From positions 187,678 through 251,677 of the forward strand of contig JAZKFH010000002.1 of NCBI GenBank assembly GCA_040386535.1: DNA of 64,000 nucleotides. Reading direction: 5' to 3'. This document shows positions 51,301 through 60,417 of this stretch, one piece after another; the first letter of the stretch is position 1, and each line of letters opens with the position of its first letter. The notes under the pieces were generated by a model, which did not search any database, was not told the origin of the DNA, and was given only the letters and a program-made list of their open reading frames with translations. The position numbers and the translations under genes were made by a program. This DNA is from Myxococcota bacterium. Its GTDB lineage: Bacteria > Myxococcota_A > UBA796 > SXON01.

Positions 51301-53362
51301 CCACGTCGCCCGCGCCCGAGACGGCGTATCCGAAGCCGGTGTTGGAGAGCCCGGTGCACGTGGACGTCGCGCTCGTGGGCACGCCGGTCGCGGAGCCGGA
51401 GTACACGTAGGCTCGGCCGGTGTCGCCGTATCCGAAGGCGCCCACGATCACGTCGGCATACCCATCGCCGTTCACGTCTCCGGCGCCGGTCACGGCGTAT
51501 CCGAAGCCGTCGTCGAGCGCGTCGCCCGCCCACGTGGTCACCGCAGCCGCGGAGAGCCCTGTCGCGGAGCCGGCGTACACGTACGCCGAGCCGGCGCCCC
51601 CTTCGTACTCGTACTGGTGGGCGCCCACGATCACGTCGGCGTAGCCGTCCGCGTTCACGTCCCCCGCGCTCGACAGCGCGGCCCCGAAGTAGTCGGAGAG
51701 CTCCGCTCCGGTGAGGGTGGACCTCGCGCCGGTCGACACCCCGGCCGCGGACCCGCCGTACACGTACACGCGGCCCGCGCGCGAGCCATAGGCCCAAGCG
51801 CCCACGATCACGTCGTCGTATCCGTCCCCGTCGACATCTCCCGCGCCGGACACGGCGGCTCCGAACGCGTCGAGCGCGGCCGCTCCGGTCAACGTGGTGG
51901 TCGCGGTGGTCGCCACCCCCGCCGCGGAGCCGTGGTGCACGTAGGCGCCGCCGACACGCGTCGGGTAGGTGTCGGCGCCCACGATCACGTCGGCGTACCC
52001 GTCTCCGTTCACGTCCCCCGCGCCGGACACGGCGGCACCGAAGTTGTCGTTGGCGCGGCTGCCGGTCAGCGTCGTCGTCGCGCTGGTGGACAGCCCGCCC
52101 GCAGAGCCGTGGTACAGGTACGCTCGCCCCACGTCGGCGCCGTAGCCCGGGGCGCCCACGATCACGTCGGCGTACCCGTCCCCGTCCACGTCTCCCGCGC
52201 CGGACACGCCGTACCCGAGCTCATCGCCGCTCGCGCCCTCCAACGTCACCGCGGGGCTCGTCAGGACGCCGGTGCCGGAGCCGTGGAACAGGTACGCCCG
52301 GCCCGAGTACGGTCCGTAGCCCCACGCGCCCACGATCACGTCGTCGTAGCTGTCGCCGTTCACATCGCCCGCGCTCGCCAGAAGCCCCCCGAAATAGCCA
52401 TAGGTCTCCTCGCCGGTCAACGTGCTGGTGGCCGTCGTGTCCAGGCCGCTCGCGGAGCCGTGGTAGACGTACACCCTGCCGGTCGACGAGATGTAGCCGC
52501 TGCCCCCCACCATCACGTCGTCGTACCCGTCCGCGTTCACGTCGCCCGCGCCTGCGACCGAACCTGCGAACGAGCTCGTGGCCTCGTCCCCCGCGGCCGA
52601 CCACACCGCCGTCTCGTAGACCGGATCGATCGTGACCGGGTAGCGCGCCCCCGTGTCGTCGACCTCGACGCGCAGGCTGTCGGCGTCCGCCACGATCCGC
52701 GCCGGCAGTGGCTCGCCGCCCGCGTCCCACGCCGCGATCCGGCCCACGTTCCACGCCCGGCCGTCCGCGTCCGTGATCGCCACGTCCTCCCCACCGCCGT
52801 CGATCGCCAGCGCCCCGTCGACCGTGACCTCGACCACGAGCATCCCGGCCCCGGACGGCGCCGTGTCCACCGACCAGCCCTGTTCGAGCCCGGTTCCCAG
52901 CCCGATCCACCACTCGGTGAGCTCCCCGTCCGCGTACTCCAACCGGCGGAGGCAACGCCCCTGGGCGTCCAACTCGGGCATGCACGCGCCCAACACCGGC
53001 TCCCGCGCGCCCACGGTCGCCAGCGCCCCCTCTCGCCCCCACGCGCTCGTCCGGAGCGCCAACGCCTCGCCGCGCGCCCCGGAGACCACCACACCGTCCG
53101 CGCCGAGCCGGGCCGTGAGCCCCGTGGCGGTGAGATCGGCCACGAAGGCCCCGTCGCGTGCGTGGATGGCGCGCCCTTCGGCGGCGATCCGCGTGCTCAC
53201 GACGGAGAGCCACCCGTCCGACGTCCCGTCGGGGAGCACGACGGACGCAGGGTCGGTCGGCGAGGCCGGCTCCCCGTAGGGCTGGCAGCCAGCGCACACC
53301 AGCAGCGTGCCGAAGGAGGAGACCCTCACCAGATTGGGGAGCGTACGGATCGAGCGGCGCAT
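48374..53362 (-). CDS. Large surface protein: N-terminal domain, 14 FG-GAP repeats, about 10 Cys/Asp metal-binding repeats, MYXO-CTERM-like tail
   Basis: 14 x AGD(V/L)(N/D)xD(G/S)YxD/E; DCDD..PGA.E..DCDG repeats; YPVTIDP; GGGCSS..hydrophobic..RRRRRR. Confidence 0.92.
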   Translation of the reverse strand: MRRSIRTLPNLVRVSSFGTLLVCAGCQPYGEPASPTDPASVVLPDGTSDGWLSVVSTRIAAEGRAIHARDGAFVADLTATGLTARLGADGVVVSGARGEALALRTSAWGREGALATVGAREPVLGACMPELDAQGRCLRRLEYADGELTEWWIGLGTGLEQGWSVDTAPSGAGMLVVEVTVDGALAIDGGGEDVAITDADGRAWNVGRIAAWDAGGEPLPARIVADADSLRVEVDDTGARYPVTIDPVYETAVWSAAGDEATSSFAGSVAGAGDVNADGYDDVMVGGSGYISSTGRVYVYHGSASGLDTTATSTLTGEETYGYFGGLLASAGDVNGDSYDDVIVGAWGYGPYSGRAYLFHGSGTGVLTSPAVTLEGASGDELGYGVSGAGDVDGDGYADVIVGAPGYGADVGRAYLYHGSAGGLSTSATTTLTGSRANDNFGAAVSGAGDVNGDGYADVIVGADTYPTRVGGAYVHHGSAAGVATTATTTLTGAAALDAFGAAVSGAGDVDGDGYDDVIVGAWAYGSRAGRVYVYGGSAAGVSTGARSTLTGAELSDYFGAALSSAGDVNADGYADVIVGAHQYEYEGGAGSAYVYAGSATGLSAAAVTTWAGDALDDGFGYAVTGAGDVNGDGYADVIVGAFGYGDTGRAYVYSGSATGVPTSATSTCTGLSNTGFGYAVSGAGDVDNDGYDDVIVGAWGYSGSTGRAYLFPGSATGVATTAATTLTGEGTTNYFARSLSGAGDVNGDGYDDVIVGAYGYESMAGRVYLYPGSATGLSSPTTLTRAPGVKAFGYSVSDAGDLNGDGYADIVAGAPGYAYGDIGQVSVYAGSASGITPTAAGTLATGAIYDLFGSAVSGAGDVNGDGYDDVIVGAYRYEGSVGAAYVFSGTASGISTTPAATMVGESTLLYFAFAVSGAGDVNGDGYDEVMVGVPKYDDSVGRAYLYAGSASGVVTATPTVLSGEADGAFFGGAVSSAGDVNGDGYADVIVGAYGFDYDSLGRVFIYAGSASGLVTTPETTLVGEWDANFGYAVADAGDVNGDGYGDVIVGAYASRGYEGAAYVYLGYGDADGDGVVATEDCDDTDASLGAASTRYVDADGDGHGGAATAEVCPSVAGYASTNDDCDDTDPAYHPGAVETDCADPNDYNCDGTTGATDWDGDGWAACFDCNDLDASINAAAAEIVGDEVDGDCDGGEVCFADADGDRYAADGGATVASSDVDCADPGEAAASVPTGDCVDTDAAYHPGAEEIDCTDPNDYDCDGSVLYADADGDGWAACLECDDADASVRPDGVELVGDGVDSDCDNAELCYVDADGDGYRADATTVISASVACDGAGEASSRARDGDCDDADAAFHPGAAERDCTDPTDYNCDGSTAYADADGDGWVACRDCDDEDASINPDGVEGVDDGVDGDCDGGELCRADADADGYRPDVDVLVASRDEDCEDGGEATAATPTGDCDDADAAYHPGADESDCADPVDYNCDGATGLVDGDADGFPACDDCDDSVGDVHPDATELCNAVDDDCDGSRDEGATDASSWYLDRDGDGFTDPVTRVDACAAPHGYLAGTEADCDDTNAVVFPGATEVLDDALDQDCDGADATERDAGSPPAPPAEGGGCSSAGGGGGGKFVLLLALGMGIRRRRRRGSPHHAAGGTRAAVR

Positions 53363-53546
53363 GGTGACAGGGCTCCAGCCGCCTGCAAGCCCGAGAAGGC
53401 CCGCAGATGGGAACGCGGACAATACGGGAGCGGAAGAGGCGTGTCAAAGGTCTGGGAGTGCCTACGCTCGCGCGGTCGACGGGCCGCGGCCCGCACGCCC
53501 GTTGACCCGGAGCGGGGCACACCGTAGGCTCGCGGCTGGAGGTCCG

Positions 53547-55817
53547 GTGAGCGGTTCGGGGGGCACGGAACGACGCGCGCGGCTGGTTCGGCAGGCCCTT
53601 GCCCGGGGCGCGGACCACCACCGGGGCGGGCGCTGGGCGGAGGCGGCGCGGGCCTACGCCGAGGCGCTGGCCGAGGACCCCGGGAACGTCGATGCGCTCG
53701 CGCTCCTCGGAGGTGCCGCGTTGCGAATGGGGCGGCCCGCCGAGGCGCTCGCGGTGCTCACGCGGGCCGTGGCGCTCGACCCCGCCCATGTCGTGGCCCG
53801 CCTCAACCAGGGCCGCGCCTTCCTCGTGCTGGGGCGGGGTGTGGACGCCGAGGGCGCCTTCGCCGCCGCTCTCGAGGCGCGCCCGGGATTCCCGGAGGCG
53901 CACCTCGGCCGGGCGAGGGCCCTGGCGCTCGCGGGCCGGCGGGACGAGGCCATCGTAGCGGCAGAGGCGCTCGGAGTGACCGGGAACACCGACGCGCTGG
54001 CGCTCCTCGGCGGCCTGCTGATGGAGGCGGGCCGGCCCGAGGCTGCCGAGGCCCCGTTGAGGAAGGCGCTCGCGACGCGCCCGTCGGACCCGCGGCTCCA
54101 CGCCGATCTCGGTGCGTGCCTCCTCGCGCAGGAGAAGGACGAAGCGGCGGCGGCGGCGTGGCGCACGGCGGCGGCCCTGGCGCCGGGCCTGCCGGGGCTC
54201 TCCGACCGACGCGCCGCCCTTGCCCGCAACCTGGGCCTGGCGCGGCTCGCGGCCGGCGATCCGGCGGCCGTGGAGTTGCTACGGGAGGCGGTGCGGCTCG
54301 GTCCCAGCGACCACACCGCGCGCCTGGGCCTCGCCGACGCCCTGTTCCAACATCCCGACCCGCCCGCCGACCTCGCGCCCGAGCTGGGCGTGCTGCTGGA
54401 CGCCGAGGGCCTCGATCACCAGCGGATCGAGCGCGCGGTGCGGCGCGTCCTGCTGGACGTGCCGGGGGTCACCGCGGTTCTCGAGGGCGTCCCACTCGAC
54501 GCGGCGACTGCGGACGCGCTCGCGGCGCACCCGCTGCTCACACGGTGGCTCACGCGGACCATCGTGGCGACGCCGGCGTGGACGCGGCTCGTCGAGGCGC
54601 TCCGTGACCATTGGGCGGCGCGGGCGCTGCTGGGAGAAAGAGTCGACTTGGACGCAATGGCGGCCCTGGCAACCCAAGCGTGGCACACCGAGTACGCGTC
54701 GGCCGGGCGTGTTGACACGCTCGGGGCGCTCGCCACCCCCGCCCAGGTCGCGGCCTTCGCGCTGTTCCGCCCGCTCACCGATCGGCCCGACGTGGACGCG
54801 ATCGTGGAGGGGGGGGCTCCCGCGGCGCTGCTCCGGATCCAACGTTGGGAGCCCGAGGTGGAAGCGAGGCTGGCCCGCGGCCTGCCGAGCCTCGGCGCGC
54901 CGACTGACGAGACGTCTCGTGCAGTACGCGACCAATACGAGGAGAACCCCTATCCGCGCCTGGTGGGCGTGCACCTGCGCGCGGCGGGATCGTTCGTGGC
55001 GACGGCGCGCGCGCTGCTCGGGGATCCTGTCTACGAGGGGCCCCGGCGCGTGCTCGTAGCCGGGGGCGGCACCGGCCAGCATCCCATCGGCGTAGCCGCG
55101 GGTGCCGACGCCGCGGAGGTGGTGTGTGTCGACCTGTCGCGGGCGAGCCTCGGCCGCGCGGCGCGGCTGGCGGCGGCCCATGGCGTGACGAACCTGCGCT
55201 TCGTGCAGGGGGACATCCTGGCGCTCGGCGCGCACGACGGGCTCGGCCAATTCGACTTCGTGGACTGTGTCGGCGTGCTCCATCACCTCGCCGATCCGCT
55301 CGCGGGCGGGCGGGCGTTGGTGGGAAAGCTCGCGCCCGGCGGGATCCTGCGGCTCGGGCTCTACAGCGAGCGCGGCCGCAGCGACGTCGTGGCGGCGCGC
55401 GCGCTCGCGACCGAGCACGGATGGCTCCCGACGGAGGACGGGCTGCGCGCGGCACGGAGGGCGCTGCTTGCGTTGGATCGCGACCACCCGGCCGCGGGCG
55501 TGACCAACTCGGTCGACTTCTACAGCCAGAGCGGGCTGCGGGATCTGGTGTTCCATCCCTGCGAGCACCGCTACACGCCGGCACAGGTCGGCGCCTTGCT
55601 CGACACGCTGGGCCTCACCGTGGTGGCGCTCCAACACGCGCGGCCCGAGGCGCTGCGGCTGTACCGCGCGCGCTGGCCCGACGAGGACGGGCGGAGCTCG
55701 CGCCAGCTCGACGCGCGCCAGCTGGACCTGCTGAAGTGGGACGCGCTCGAGGCGGACCACCCGCGCATCTTCGCGGGGATGATCCACGTCTGGGCGCGGC
55801 GGACGGACCCGAGCTGA
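53547..55817 (+). CDS. TPR-repeat protein fused to class I SAM methyltransferase
   Basis: About 6-7 TPRs; QYEENPYPR, VLVAGGGTG, DLSRASL, GVLHHL..P, GLYS, RDLVFHP.EH; GGAGG before GTG 53547. Confidence 0.9.
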   Translation: MSGSGGTERRARLVRQALARGADHHRGGRWAEAARAYAEALAEDPGNVDALALLGGAALRMGRPAEALAVLTRAVALDPAHVVARLNQGRAFLVLGRGVDAEGAFAAALEARPGFPEAHLGRARALALAGRRDEAIVAAEALGVTGNTDALALLGGLLMEAGRPEAAEAPLRKALATRPSDPRLHADLGACLLAQEKDEAAAAAWRTAAALAPGLPGLSDRRAALARNLGLARLAAGDPAAVELLREAVRLGPSDHTARLGLADALFQHPDPPADLAPELGVLLDAEGLDHQRIERAVRRVLLDVPGVTAVLEGVPLDAATADALAAHPLLTRWLTRTIVATPAWTRLVEALRDHWAARALLGERVDLDAMAALATQAWHTEYASAGRVDTLGALATPAQVAAFALFRPLTDRPDVDAIVEGGAPAALLRIQRWEPEVEARLARGLPSLGAPTDETSRAVRDQYEENPYPRLVGVHLRAAGSFVATARALLGDPVYEGPRRVLVAGGGTGQHPIGVAAGADAAEVVCVDLSRASLGRAARLAAAHGVTNLRFVQGDILALGAHDGLGQFDFVDCVGVLHHLADPLAGGRALVGKLAPGGILRLGLYSERGRSDVVAARALATEHGWLPTEDGLRAARRALLALDRDHPAAGVTNSVDFYSQSGLRDLVFHPCEHRYTPAQVGALLDTLGLTVVALQHARPEALRLYRARWPDEDGRSSRQLDARQLDLLKWDALEADHPRIFAGMIHVWARRTDPS

Positions 55818-55840
55818 CCCGAGGCCGCTCGGTTCGAACC

Positions 55841-58156
55841 CTACCCCTTCGCCAACACCTGGAACCGCACCCACGGGTCCTTCTGGTCGGGGCGCTTGAC
55901 GGAGGAGGCGAAGCGGCTCGCCTTGTCGCCGGCGACCTCGAAACGTGTCTCGTCGTCGTGGATGCGGATCGCGCCGATGTCATTCTTCTCGACGCCGCCG
56001 CGGCGGCAGATGAGCGGGATGAGCCAGCGGGGATCGGCCTGATCGTTGCGGCCCACGTTCATGCGGAACCACACGCCGCGGGTCTCGCGGGCGCCGGCGG
56101 AGCGGCCACGCACGGTGTCGACCGGCACGTCCCAGGACGCGTCGTCCCGGCGGCCGCGGGGCGCGCTGTTCTCGTTGCTGTCCCAGCCCGGCGCATCGCG
56201 ACGGGGGGCGCGCACGGGGGCCTCACCACCGCGCATGGGGCCGCTGGGAGCGCCACCCGGACCGGCCGGGGAGCGGGTGTAGGCGCGGCGCGCACCACCG
56301 GCGTCGCCGACGGGGGCGGAGGCGGCAGGCGGGGTGTACGGGCGGGCGGGCACCGGGGCGGTGGCGGGCCGCGATGCGGGGGACGGCGCGGGCGCGGGCG
56401 ACTCGGGCGGCGTGCCTCCCTCGAGCCCGGCGGCGGCGGCCTTCGCGGCCTCCTTGGCGGCCCACTCGGCGCGCTTCAGGGCCTTGGCGGCGGCCTTGGC
56501 GGCCTGCTCGGGCGTCAGCTCCTTCTCGGGCTTCGCGGCGGCCGCGGGCGCCGGGGCCGCGGGCCGAGCGGCGGCGGCTTCGAGCACGCGAGAGGTCACG
56601 ACCTTGGGGTTTCCCCAGCCGGCGTCGGAGCCGGAGATCTCGGGGTTGGCCTCGACAGGCTCGACATCGCGCCGGGAGTCCCGACGATCATCACGGGCCG
56701 GGGGTCCCGGGGGGCGGGCCCCCTGGGCGGGGCGTTGCGGGGCAGAGCCCCGCCCCATGGAACCGTGCCCCATCGAACGATCGGGCTCGTTCGGAGCGAG
56801 GCGGCGCGGGCCGCCCGACATGCGGGCCTGGATCGCGTCGGTCTCGGGGAGCTCTTCGGGCTCGGGCCAGCCCTGGCGCGCGATGCGCAGGAGCGCCGCG
56901 GCGATGGCCTGGGGCGAGTGCGCCTCGACGAGGGCCTGGGCGGAAGCGGCCTCGTCCTCCGTCGGCTCGACGATGACGCTGGCGAGCTCGGCGGCGATGC
57001 GCTCCTGGTCCTTGGCGCGCACGTCGTCCCCCATCGGGGGCTCGGACCAGCGCGGGGTGAGCCGCGCTTCGCGCAAGAGGCGCTCCGCCATCCGCACGCG
57101 GGTGAACGGCACGATGAGCACGCTGGTGCCCTTCTTGCCGGCACGCCCGGTGCGGCCGCTGCGGTGGAGGAGGACCTGGCCGTCGTTCGGGAGGTCGGCG
57201 TGGATGACGAGGTTCAGCTGAGGCAGATCGAGGCCACGCGCCGCCACGTCGGTCGCGACGAGGACGCGGGCACGACCGTCACGCAGGGACTGGAGGGCGC
57301 GCGCGCGCTCGTTCTGGGAGAGCTCGCCGGAGAGCGCTACCGCGGTGAACCCGCGCTCGACGAGGCTGGCGTGCAGGTGGCCCACGCCGTCACGCGTGGC
57401 GCAGAACACGAGCGCGGTCGGCGGGTCCATGAAGCGGAGCAGGTTGACGACGACGTGCTCGCGTTCGCGCGGCGAGACCACGACCGCGCGGTACTCGATG
57501 TCGACGTGCTGCTCGTCCATGTTGGTCGCGGCGACCCGCAGCGCGTCGCGCTGGTAGCGGGTGGCGAGGCCGAGGATCTCGCGGGGCAGCGTGGCCGAGA
57601 ACATCAGCGTGCGGCGCGTGTCCGGCGTGGCGTCGAGGAGGACCTCGAGCTCGTCGCGGAAGCCGAGATCGAGCATCTCGTCGGCCTCGTCGAGCACGAC
57701 GGCCTTGGCCGCGTCGAGCTTGAGATTGCCGCGGTGGAGGTGGTCGCAGAGGCGGCCGGGGGTGCCGACGACGATGTGGGCGCCGTCGTGGAGCTGATAC
57801 GCCTCACGACGCACGTCCATGCCGCCGACGCAGGACACGACGCGCGCGTTGGTGCCGGCGAACAGCCACGCAAGCTCCTGGCTGACCTGGAGCGCGAGCT
57901 CGCGGGTGGGCGCGACGACGAGCGCGAGCGGGGCGCCGGGGCGGCTGAAGGTCAAGTTCTCGCCGAGGAGCGTCTCGGCGAGGCACATGCCGAAGGCCAC
58001 GGTCTTGCCGGAGCCCGTGCGGGCGGACACCAGGAGGTCGCGCCCCTTGACCTCGGGCTCGAGAACGGACGCTTGAACCGGCGTCGCATCGGCGTAGCCG
58101 CGTGCCTTGAGGGCGGCGGCGAGGGAGGGATGGGCAGTATCGAAGGACATGGTCAT
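55841..58156 (-). CDS. DEAD-box RNA helicase with C-terminal DbpA-type RNA-binding domain
   Basis: TGSGKT, PTRELA, DEAD, SAT, HRSGRTGR; WFRMNVGR..ADPRWLIPLICRRG..IG.I.I. Confidence 0.95.
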   Translation of the reverse strand: MTMSFDTAHPSLAAALKARGYADATPVQASVLEPEVKGRDLLVSARTGSGKTVAFGMCLAETLLGENLTFSRPGAPLALVVAPTRELALQVSQELAWLFAGTNARVVSCVGGMDVRREAYQLHDGAHIVVGTPGRLCDHLHRGNLKLDAAKAVVLDEADEMLDLGFRDELEVLLDATPDTRRTLMFSATLPREILGLATRYQRDALRVAATNMDEQHVDIEYRAVVVSPREREHVVVNLLRFMDPPTALVFCATRDGVGHLHASLVERGFTAVALSGELSQNERARALQSLRDGRARVLVATDVAARGLDLPQLNLVIHADLPNDGQVLLHRSGRTGRAGKKGTSVLIVPFTRVRMAERLLREARLTPRWSEPPMGDDVRAKDQERIAAELASVIVEPTEDEAASAQALVEAHSPQAIAAALLRIARQGWPEPEELPETDAIQARMSGGPRRLAPNEPDRSMGHGSMGRGSAPQRPAQGARPPGPPARDDRRDSRRDVEPVEANPEISGSDAGWGNPKVVTSRVLEAAAARPAAPAPAAAAKPEKELTPEQAAKAAAKALKRAEWAAKEAAKAAAAGLEGGTPPESPAPAPSPASRPATAPVPARPYTPPAASAPVGDAGGARRAYTRSPAGPGGAPSGPMRGGEAPVRAPRRDAPGWDSNENSAPRGRRDDASWDVPVDTVRGRSAGARETRGVWFRMNVGRNDQADPRWLIPLICRRGGVEKNDIGAIRIHDDETRFEVAGDKASRFASSVKRPDQKDPWVRFQVLAKG

Positions 58157-58302
58157 AGCCGGATGCGCGGCATCTACACCAATCGGGCCGGTGAAGCACG
58201 CGGCGCCCGCCAGATCGTCACCGATGCCGACAGGACCCGACGACTTGCCGAGGGGCCTCCGGTTAGACCGGACGCCATGCGCAACCCCGCTTCTGGCCAC
58301 TG

Positions 58303-59319
58303 ATGGACGCCCCCCTCGAATGGCACGCGAGCGCCGGCGGACAGATCGATTCTGATTCCCATGGGGACGTGAACCTGGGCCTGCGCACCGGCGCGTGGTC
58401 GTTCGTGTTGCGGACCGACGCCCCCGAGATCACGTGGGCGCCGAGCGACGAGCGGGGCCGGGCCTGGGTGACGGCGCGGGGGCACGCGTTCGCGGCCGGG
58501 CTGTTCATCTCGCCGTGGGCGGACGGGGCCCCGGACCCCGAGCAAGCGCTGCGGGCGGCGTCGGTCGGGGCGGAGGCCGGGTGGGTCGGCTACGGGCCCG
58601 CGGGCATCTACGCCGGCGGGCGGGCCGCGATCGACGGGGTGTTCTTCGGCGAGCAGCCGAGCACCACCGTCGCGGTCCCAGACGCGCGCGCGGTCGTGAC
58701 GATGGACGCGATCGCGGGGCTGTGGCGGCCGGGCTTCTCCGCGTGGGCGCGCGCCGGGGTGGACTTCATCGCGGTGGACGGGCGGGGCGTGCGCGCGCCG
58801 CACCTCGTCGGGGAGCTGCACTGGCTCCCGGCGCTGCACGTCGGCACGGTCGCGCTCGCGCCGCGGGTCGAGGCCTGGGCAGGCGTCGCGGACGCCCAGG
58901 ACGACCTGCTCCACGCGCGGATCGGCGGGCTGAACCCCTGGGTGGTGCCGCTCGCGGGCGCCGCGTGGGCGGAGTGGTGGGCCGAGGACTACGCCGCCGT
59001 GCGGATCGGGCCGACCGTAGGCGTCGGCGAGCCTGGCGCGGGCACGCTCGGCGTGCGGGTGTCCCCCTTCGTGGATCTCGCCACGTTCGGCGGCGGCACG
59101 GGGGACAGCGGGAGCGCGGCCGGCGTGGGCCTGGGCGTGCGGGCGTGGCGCGGGCGGCTGTTCGCCGACGTGACCGGGGGCTACGCGCCCTGGATCGAGC
59201 GGCAAACGGGGATTTCGCGAGCGTCCGTGTGGGTGTCGCTCGGGTGGGACTGGGGGACCAAGGCGGGGCCCACGAGCGAGGCTGCGCCGGGGCCGATGGG
59301 GACGTACTGGCCCGGCTGA
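58303..59319 (+). CDS. Hypothetical Gly/Trp-rich beta-strand protein (possible beta-barrel)
   Basis: Alternating amphipathic strands, terminal VWVSLGWDW; no in-frame signal peptide visible. Confidence 0.65.
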   Translation: MDAPLEWHASAGGQIDSDSHGDVNLGLRTGAWSFVLRTDAPEITWAPSDERGRAWVTARGHAFAAGLFISPWADGAPDPEQALRAASVGAEAGWVGYGPAGIYAGGRAAIDGVFFGEQPSTTVAVPDARAVVTMDAIAGLWRPGFSAWARAGVDFIAVDGRGVRAPHLVGELHWLPALHVGTVALAPRVEAWAGVADAQDDLLHARIGGLNPWVVPLAGAAWAEWWAEDYAAVRIGPTVGVGEPGAGTLGVRVSPFVDLATFGGGTGDSGSAAGVGLGVRAWRGRLFADVTGGYAPWIERQTGISRASVWVSLGWDWGTKAGPTSEAAPGPMGTYWPG

Positions 59320-59335
59320 TCAGCGTGGGGTGACG

Positions 59336-59863
59336 CTACGCCGCCGCGCCCGGCTCGCCCTTGAACCAGATCGCCGCGTGCTCCGCGACGTAGATCTCGC
59401 GCCCCTCCTGCTCGTACCGGAAGCTGTACTCGACGAAGTGGCGGCCGCGCACCTTGCGGACGCGGGTCGCGCGGAGCTCAACGTCGACGGGGGGCCCGAT
59501 GCGGCCCATCGACGGGAACTTCGCGTTGCGGACGTGGGTGCCGAAGCCGGACCACCCCTCGCTCGGCCGCAGCCCCAGGATGTAGACGGCGTGCAGGTTG
59601 CCGAGGGTGCCGGTGATCTGGACCATCACCGCGCCGGGCACGTGGCGGGGGTGCCCCGGGGTCTCCACCTGGGCCTCGACGAGCGCGCCCAGCCGCGTGG
59701 TGTCGACGCGCGCGCGCACGCGGTTGCCTTCGGGGTCGAGCTCGAGGAGCTCGTGCACGTACCACTGGTCGGCGGTGTACAGGCACTCGGAGGCGAAGTC
59801 GGCGGGCAGGGGCACGGGCACGGACATCGGGAGGGGCACGGGCAGGGACATCGGGAGGGACAT
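59336..59863 (-). CDS. Hotdog-fold FabA/FabZ-like dehydratase/thioesterase
   Basis: PGHPRHVPGAVMVQ helix motif, NAKF...PP, V.L. Confidence 0.65.
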   Translation of the reverse strand: MSLPMSLPVPLPMSVPVPLPADFASECLYTADQWYVHELLELDPEGNRVRARVDTTRLGALVEAQVETPGHPRHVPGAVMVQITGTLGNLHAVYILGLRPSEGWSGFGTHVRNAKFPSMGRIGPPVDVELRATRVRKVRGRHFVEYSFRYEQEGREIYVAEHAAIWFKGEPGAAA

Positions 59864-59955
59864 GGTCGTCGGCGAGCTCCGCGGGCCCGCTATCGCGGCG
59901 CCTCGCGAACGTGCACCGCCTCGACCATCCGACCCGACCGGTGCTAAACAAGGGG

Positions 59956-60417
59956 ATGGACCTCGCGCGTGTTTGGGCTTCCGCCGTGATCGTCGTGACC
60001 TGCCTCGCGGCGATCAGCCCGATCTCCCCTTCCCTCCGCGGGCGCAAGGGCGACAGCTTTCCCCTCTCCTGGTACCCGATGTTCGCGAAGGAACGCCCGG
60101 AATACGAACGTCCGACCTACGTGTTCGGCACCGATCCGGACGGCGACCGCGTGAAGGTCGACGTTTCGTATTGGACCTCGGGCGGCTTCAACCAGGGCCG
60201 CAACGAGCTGACCACCACCGTGAAGGGCGGCCCCGCGCGCATCGACGCGATGTGTGAGCGCATCGCGAAGAAGGTGGCCGAGCGGAACCGCAAGCCGCTG
60301 CGCAAGGTGACCGAGCTGTCCGTCGCGACCGGCACCTACGATCGCAAGGCCTTCTTCGAGGGCGACCGGAAACCCATGCGCGAGCGGATCATCACCACGT
60401 GCCCGGTGGTCCGATGA
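59956..60417 (+). CDS. Membrane-anchored partner of HTTM protein
   Basis: N-terminal TM, DSFPLSWYPMF motif, two Cys; ATGA overlap with HTTM gene. Confidence 0.7.
   Translation: MDLARVWASAVIVVTCLAAISPISPSLRGRKGDSFPLSWYPMFAKERPEYERPTYVFGTDPDGDRVKVDVSYWTSGGFNQGRNELTTTVKGGPARIDAMCERIAKKVAERNRKPLRKVTELSVATGTYDRKAFFEGDRKPMRERIITTCPVVR

Noticed and set aside
50200..52560. Regularly spaced conserved DNA repeats that might suggest CRISPR
   Set aside because: Period ~165 nt, in frame, encode FG-GAP blades; no cas genes
47909..53527. 1872-aa ORF on + strand and many other long overlapping ORFs (e.g. 55124-58303, 11808-14372, 61324-63861)
   Set aside because: Antisense or shadow frames of real high-GC genes; no motifs
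55828..55854. GGTTCGAACCC...CGCCA resembling a tRNA 3' end / attachment site
   Set aside because: T-stem pairs only 2 bp, and the sequence is explained by the helicase C-terminus (VLAKG-stop) on the minus strand; no integrase nearby
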